This document shows, piece after piece, positions 59,301 to 64,000 of a DNA stretch of 64,000 bases. How positions within the stretch are numbered: position 1 is the first letter of the stretch; each line of letters opens with the position of its first letter. Under the pieces are notes generated by a model. The model did not search any database. It worked only from the letters and a program-made list of their open reading frames with translations, and was not told the origin of the DNA. Origin of the DNA: Paraspadella gotoi (Eukaryota; Animalia; Chaetognatha); NCBI GenBank assembly GCA_051294375.1, contig CM119268.1, positions 11,067,587-11,131,586 on the forward strand, given 5' to 3'. Made by a program: the position numbers and the translations under genes.

Positions 59301-62300
59301 TTTAAGCACGGACTTACCTTAATCTGAGAAGCGACGTCCGCGTTTTGATGTTGACCGAAAGCTTCGGAGTTGTCGACGTTCGGCAACATGGCGATGTATT
59401 CGCGGTAGGAAGTCAGCGGACCGTCTTTCGGTGTGTAATAAGTGCTCAACGTCGATAATCTGGAAAGCGAGGAGCCAAGGAGTGTTGGGTAATAATATTT
59501 TCTATTATCTATTTTTTTATTATTGTTATTTTTATTATTTAATATTTATTTCCTCGTGTTTCAATTCGAAAAAATTCGGCGGTAAATTCTTTCTATCAGG
59601 AAGAGGAAGAGGAAATCTCGATCCAGCGGTAAAGTGTGTCGTCCACACTACTATTATAAAATGAACAAAAATGAGGTAACTAATAATTAGTAAAATTTTA
59701 AAGAAGACAAAAATTGTTCCATTGAAAGAGATAAGAGTTCCTTTTTTTAATTTTCCCATCCATTTTTACACCTAATACAACTTGCGCTAACTTTTGTTTG
59801 AAGAAATTATAGAAATAATAAAAATTTGCATAAATAAGTAGAAAAATGATTCTTAAGCCATACGAGATTTTAAAAGGCAATTTGAGAATAAAATTTCAAA
59901 ATTTTAAAAGGATATTTAGATGAATATTTTATTTTTAATTTTTATTTTCCAAAAACTAATTGCATGCATTTAATATATATTCTGGACCAAAAAAAACGAA
60001 ATCTAGCGTTCCCCAATGAATTTTTCACGATGCTCACAGTCTCAAGATTAATGGCTTTCTTAGGAGCGCACAAATCTCTTGAGTCGGCATACTTACCTGG
60101 CTCAGAGGATACCTTGATCAGCAAGGAGTTCCTCCAGGGCGAGGCCCTTCCATTGCACTTCGGTTGGGCTGACCCTTGCGATTTCCCCGAATGTGGGAAA
60201 CTCGGGAGCATAATTGTGATAGTGGGGTCTGCGTTCGCGCTAACCCCTTATAAGTCGGAATGTTCTTCCTTTGATCAACCTTATTGACTGATAATAGATT
60301 ATTTTCATTAGATAAATTAAATGACGCAATAAAGTAAATTGCCAAAATTCGGCGACAAGTTAAACTTAATAAGTAGGTTGATCTCATTCGCGAACTCTGC
60401 TCCCTCCCTCTTCAGTCTTCACTTCACAATCTTCACAGTCTTCAGCCTCACTTGTAAAAAGGTTCGTTGAGAACTCTCTCGTTGAAGAAGTCGTTGATGT
60501 ACGAGTGGAGGAGTCGACGATCGAAGTCGTCGGTCACGTGACCTCCGTAATTGATGCCCGCGATGAGATACTTGAGCGCCTCGAACGGAGTATCGTCGTA
60601 CTCCTCCACGTAAATGGACAAGAGATTCTCCGAAACCTGATGAAGCGGAAAGGAGACGGGAATAAGCGAAAAGAGAAAGAGACTAATCTTAAAATGTGGT
60701 AAAATGTGGTAAAATGTACATTGGGGAAACTGACAGGTTGTGGGAAAAAAGAAAATCGGAACATAAGAATTATGTAAAAGATAATAAAATAAAAGATTCT
60801 GCTATTTTAGAACATCTTTTTGATTGCACTAATACCTGTCAATTTCCTGACCCAGGGGTTATTGGGATGAATGTAAAATATTAGAACAAGAAAATAATAA
60901 ATTAAAAAGATCGTCCTTAGAAAGTATTCATATTAAAAAGAATAAACTTAAAACAGTAAAATAGAAATGAAGAAAATTTGAGCACTGAATGGGACAAGGC
61001 TCTTAAGGTCACCTTGAAAATAAAAGACAAAAACAATTTGGTTTAAGGTCATCTCAAGCCTATAGAATTCAAAGGCAGAGAAGAGAAGAAATGGCCAGTG
61101 TGAGGAGAATGGATTTTCAGCCAAATGGAAGAGTAGAAACCTTACCTAAAACTGTTTTGTAAATTTTGTGTTAATTTGTTATGCACCTTTGAGGGAGACA
61201 GAAGTCTGAAGATCAGTGCTTATTTAAAAATAAATATTATGAAATTGGTACAACCAATATAAAAATTATCCATTCATTTAATAAATAAGCTATCTTGCCC
61301 CTGACTTTGGACAGGCTTTGGTGGTTTAAGGCCTCCATCACTCTTACAAGATAATGACATAGCAGGTCCCTGCAAGCTTTCAATCAAGACTCTCTCACAG
61401 TCTCGTTTATTCACTCCCAGAGTACCTGCCTTCCCTATCAATGAAGTGGAAAATATTTCAAAGAATGTTTCAATTGTATGAAAAGACCACTCCCTTAAGT
61501 ATTAGATCGGGAATACTTATTGTACTCCGCACTAGCATCAAAATACAAGGAGCTGAATTTTATGAAATTGGTACAACCAATATAAAAATTATCCATTCAT
61601 TTAATAAATAAGCTATCTTACTTCCAGAAATAATTAGTTTTCTTTTTATATTATTGGCATGAAAAGACCAAATCAAACTATTAACTACTAAATCTTCTGC
61701 CAAAATCATGACTCTGAAACAAATAATTAGAAAGAGACTAACTACAAACTAGTCTAACTAGTTAATTAAAAATTAAAGAAGTAAAAAGAACAAAGAACGA
61801 CAAAATTAACAAGCAACTCGACATACTGTGCGTCAACGAAACTGACGAAGCAGGTTTTTTCACGGCGCGGGGGCCGGGCTCCCCTTTCTGCCGACGTGGA
61901 TTCTGACTTTCATCATGATTGTTTTTTGTTTTTGTTTTTCAATCATGAAAACCCCTACCTCGAAATCGGAATCGTTGAATGAATAAGTGACGTTCCACCC
62001 CAGCTGAAGGAACTTTTTTCGCTCCAGCAAAACAGAGTGAAAGAAGCAGAGAGAGAAGAGCAGCTTTTTGTACTTTTCCGGTTTTTTGCAGCGATTGAAC
62101 TGAGCGTCGTTGACCAGATGGTAGAGGCGTTTCATGTTGGCCTTCAGACCCTAGAGATTCAATTCAAAATTTTACCTTCGGAAAAGGATCGTGACATGTT
62201 TTTATTATTACATTATTACATTATTACCCATGGGCCAATTTACACGTAACTTAAGATTTACATTATTCCAGTCATTCTCTATCCAAAAATATAAAAATAT

Positions 62301-62877
62301 TATAAAAAAAGGTTTTGGATCGAGTTCCGGAATATGGTTCTACGTCACTGCATCGAAAGAAAAAGTCTCGGTTTGAACGTACCAGTTTCATTTTTTATTT
62401 CTTTCCCTTTTTCGGCACCCTCTTCTTTTGAAAATTCCTTACCTTTGGTGGTTCTGTCGTCATTTTGATTCCCGCCTGCAGAATCGATATCGGGAATTCA
62501 GGTTTCGGTGACGACGACAACCAAAGCCTGGGCCAACAGGGGGGAAATGTTTCGGCGATTTAAGGAAAAGATTCACAAATAAAAAAGGTAACATTTCAAA
62601 TTATTAACCAATCACATCACCCCTGTCACCAACATTATTATTTTTTAATGTTAAATACATTGTACAATCAAGCTGTAGAACTACGTATTTCAGAAACCTG
62701 AAGTCTGGATGCGGGTCTTCGACTTGAAGCTGCTCCACCAGCTTGTCGAGCTGCGGCATCCAGGAGAGCGAGAGGTGACAATTGGCCAAGAAGACCCAGT
62801 TCCCCTCTTTGACGCCCTCTTTGATCATCCGTGTGGCGATGGGCGCCTGTCCCTGTCCGAGAGAGAGGGCGTGGAAC
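56391..62877 (-). CDS. DNAH2: Axonemal dynein heavy chain, DNAH2-like, last 12 exons (AAA6 region to C-terminus): 62877-62698, 62527-62443, 62150-61959, 60636-60452, 59459-59318, 59090-59010, 58192-58041, 57817-57702, 57322-57176, 57082-57021, 56863-56665, 56545-56391; gene continues beyond the window
   Basis: [65 protein letters not shown]-terminus [13 protein letters not shown]...[16 protein letters not shown]; all GT-AG and in phase; the paralog assignment is from recalled similarity to DNAH2. Confidence 0.93.
60089..60248 (+). ncRNA. U1: U1 spliceosomal snRNA (intronic, antisense to dynein)
   Basis: ATACTTACCTGG 5' end, SL1 loop GATCAGCAAG, SL2 loop ATTGCAC, SL3 GCGATTTCCCCGAATGTGGGAAACTCG, Sm-like ATAATTGTGATAG, SL4 GGGG..GCGTTCGCGC..CCCC. 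Confidence 0.95.
60691..61239 (+). mobile_element. 5'-truncated Penelope-like element remnant (GIY-YIG endonuclease C-terminal part plus 3' UTR)
   Basis: [20 protein letters not shown]...SAILEH, then after stops/frameshifts LESIHI...[10 protein letters not shown], the motif order of PLE GIY-YIG domains; hammerhead-like motif and AATAAA downstream. Confidence 0.82.
61183..61219 (+). ncRNA. Degenerate minimal type I hammerhead ribozyme-like motif
   Basis: GCAC(C)T-TTGAGGG-AGAC agaa GTCT-GAAGATC-AGTGC: stems I and II present, but the core deviates from CUGANGA/GAAA; position fits a PLE pseudo-LTR. Confidence 0.4.
61240..61619 (-). repeat. Structured repeat family copy C (longest unit 61240-61530 plus extra 3' fragment 61563-61619)
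   Basis: 57-bp direct repeat TGAAATTGGTACAACCAAT...AAGCTATCTT at 61240 and 61563; body homologous to 6289-6514 and 53410-53652. Confidence 0.85.
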
Positions 62878-62978
62878 CTGGAAGGGACGAAGCTTCATAG
62901 GTGGAGACTGGAGAGGGTGTAGTGACTGTGACATTTGACAAGGCTTACTTCGTTATTATAATTTTTTCTCTCAACTGT

Positions 62979-63110
62979 GACCCTGTAACTCAATCATTTC
63001 ATGACCACTTGGTACCGGGTTCAATACCAACTCCGGACCCACCCCACGGGATAATTGTCGGGACGGCCGTAAACCACGTTGAGAGCGGAGCGGCTCCCCA
63101 AACATGGTTT
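62979..63110 (+). mobile_element. Possible tRNA-derived SINE head
   Basis: GACCCTGTAACTCAATC (A-box-like) and GGGTTCAATACC (B-box, 63017-63028); no intact cloverleaf; runs into a 10-N gap. Confidence 0.35.
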
Positions 63111-63558
63111 NNNNNNNNNNTTATGAGATAGTAACCGTGAAGAGGAGGGGAAGTCGCGTAGATCTTCTTCCCCCTCCGGTTTCGCTTCCTCCTTCTTTTC
63201 ACGCGGGGTCTCAGCGCAGCCACGAATTTTCACATTTTTAGATTCACTCCCGCTTTTCTCCCTCTCACGGCAAGATCTACTCTCTGCTCCTCTGTACATT
63301 TATTTTCTGTTCGTCTTTTTTTCATAATATACGCTTATACCTTTATTCGAGTTTTCCTTTAAGTTAGAGACTTATTTCAGGGTGGCGCCAAATGTGGAGA
63401 CTAGTTCTCTACCACGAACTGCCCTGGATCTTTTCTATCAAAGAATTCACCGAAAATATCTTTTTTTTTATCTTTTTTTCTATCAAAAATTCACCGAAAA
63501 TATCTTTTTTTTCCCTATTTCAACTTTGAAACTTTTATTCTCTCTTCGTAGAGATTCC

Positions 63559-63690
63559 TTAACCGTTAATAATTAACCGTTAATAATGGTTAAAATTTAT
63601 TTTTACTTAACCGTTAATTTTTTTATTTTAACGGTTAAATTCGGTTAAATTTTATTTTTTCTAATTTAGATATTTTGGTAAAATATATTT
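63559..63690. mobile_element. Fragment related to the hAT MITE at 3673-4378
   Basis: TTAACCGTTAA repeats and TTTTAACGGTTAAATTCGGTTAA matching the reverse complement of about 4278-4302. Confidence 0.55.
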
Positions 63691-64000
63691 TATTTTCTTT
63701 AACTTATTATGGGGATGAGCATCGTTTCTAAACAACTCATTGTTTTATATCAAATTGTAGCGTTCGAAGACAATTGCAAACAAATCTACATCATATTCAT
63801 CAAATCCGACAATCCGTTCAAAGTAATCGCCAAAAGCAATCGCAAAATCCTCTTTCAAACCGATCAACTTTCCTTAAAAATCAGCTCGTTTTATCCAACA
63901 AAGATTAACTAGCGTATACTAAGCTTTAGAAACCGGCCCACAGTGAGATCCTGCGCTGAATTTTTCAGAAACATCCGAGTCAGTTAAATAATCTCTCTCT

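Noticed and set aside
61240-61530. Assignment of the structured repeat to group I/II intron, RNase P/MRP, twister or HDV ribozyme
   Set aside because: Diagnostic cores (group II domain V, group I P7, CR-I/CR-V, twister and HDV consensus) were not found by eye

Overview
Animal (bilaterian invertebrate, possibly spiralian; inferred from intron style and histone sequences) genomic window, not prokaryotic. Bases 1-11006 hold an intact replication-dependent histone quartet (<-H2B H2A-> <-H4 H3->, no H1 seen) with a hAT-type MITE between H4 and H3, followed by the TM1-TM3 exons of a rhodopsin-class GPCR. Bases 11007-34097 are two inverted, indel-riddled re-copies of that block, punctuated by 25-N gaps and poly-C junk, and are most likely raw-long-read gap-filling artefacts rather than real pseudogenes. 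Unique sequence resumes at about 34098: Helentron/Helitron-like elements, a 5-exon predicted GPI-anchored Ig-superfamily gene (- strand, one 2-nt frameshift), the ICL3-TM7-C-tail exons of a GPCR (+), and the last 12 exons of an axonemal dynein heavy chain (DNAH2-like, -). The dynein introns host a U1 snRNA gene and a Penelope-like GIY-YIG remnant with a degenerate hammerhead. The most interesting unexplained signal is a dispersed ~290-nt non-coding repeat family (6260-6514, 8765-8794, 53410-54402, 61240-61619) with a fixed 3' end, variable 5' truncation and stems conserved across diverged copies, i.e. a candidate unclassified structured retroposed RNA. All alignments and folds were done by eye, and no database searches were run.
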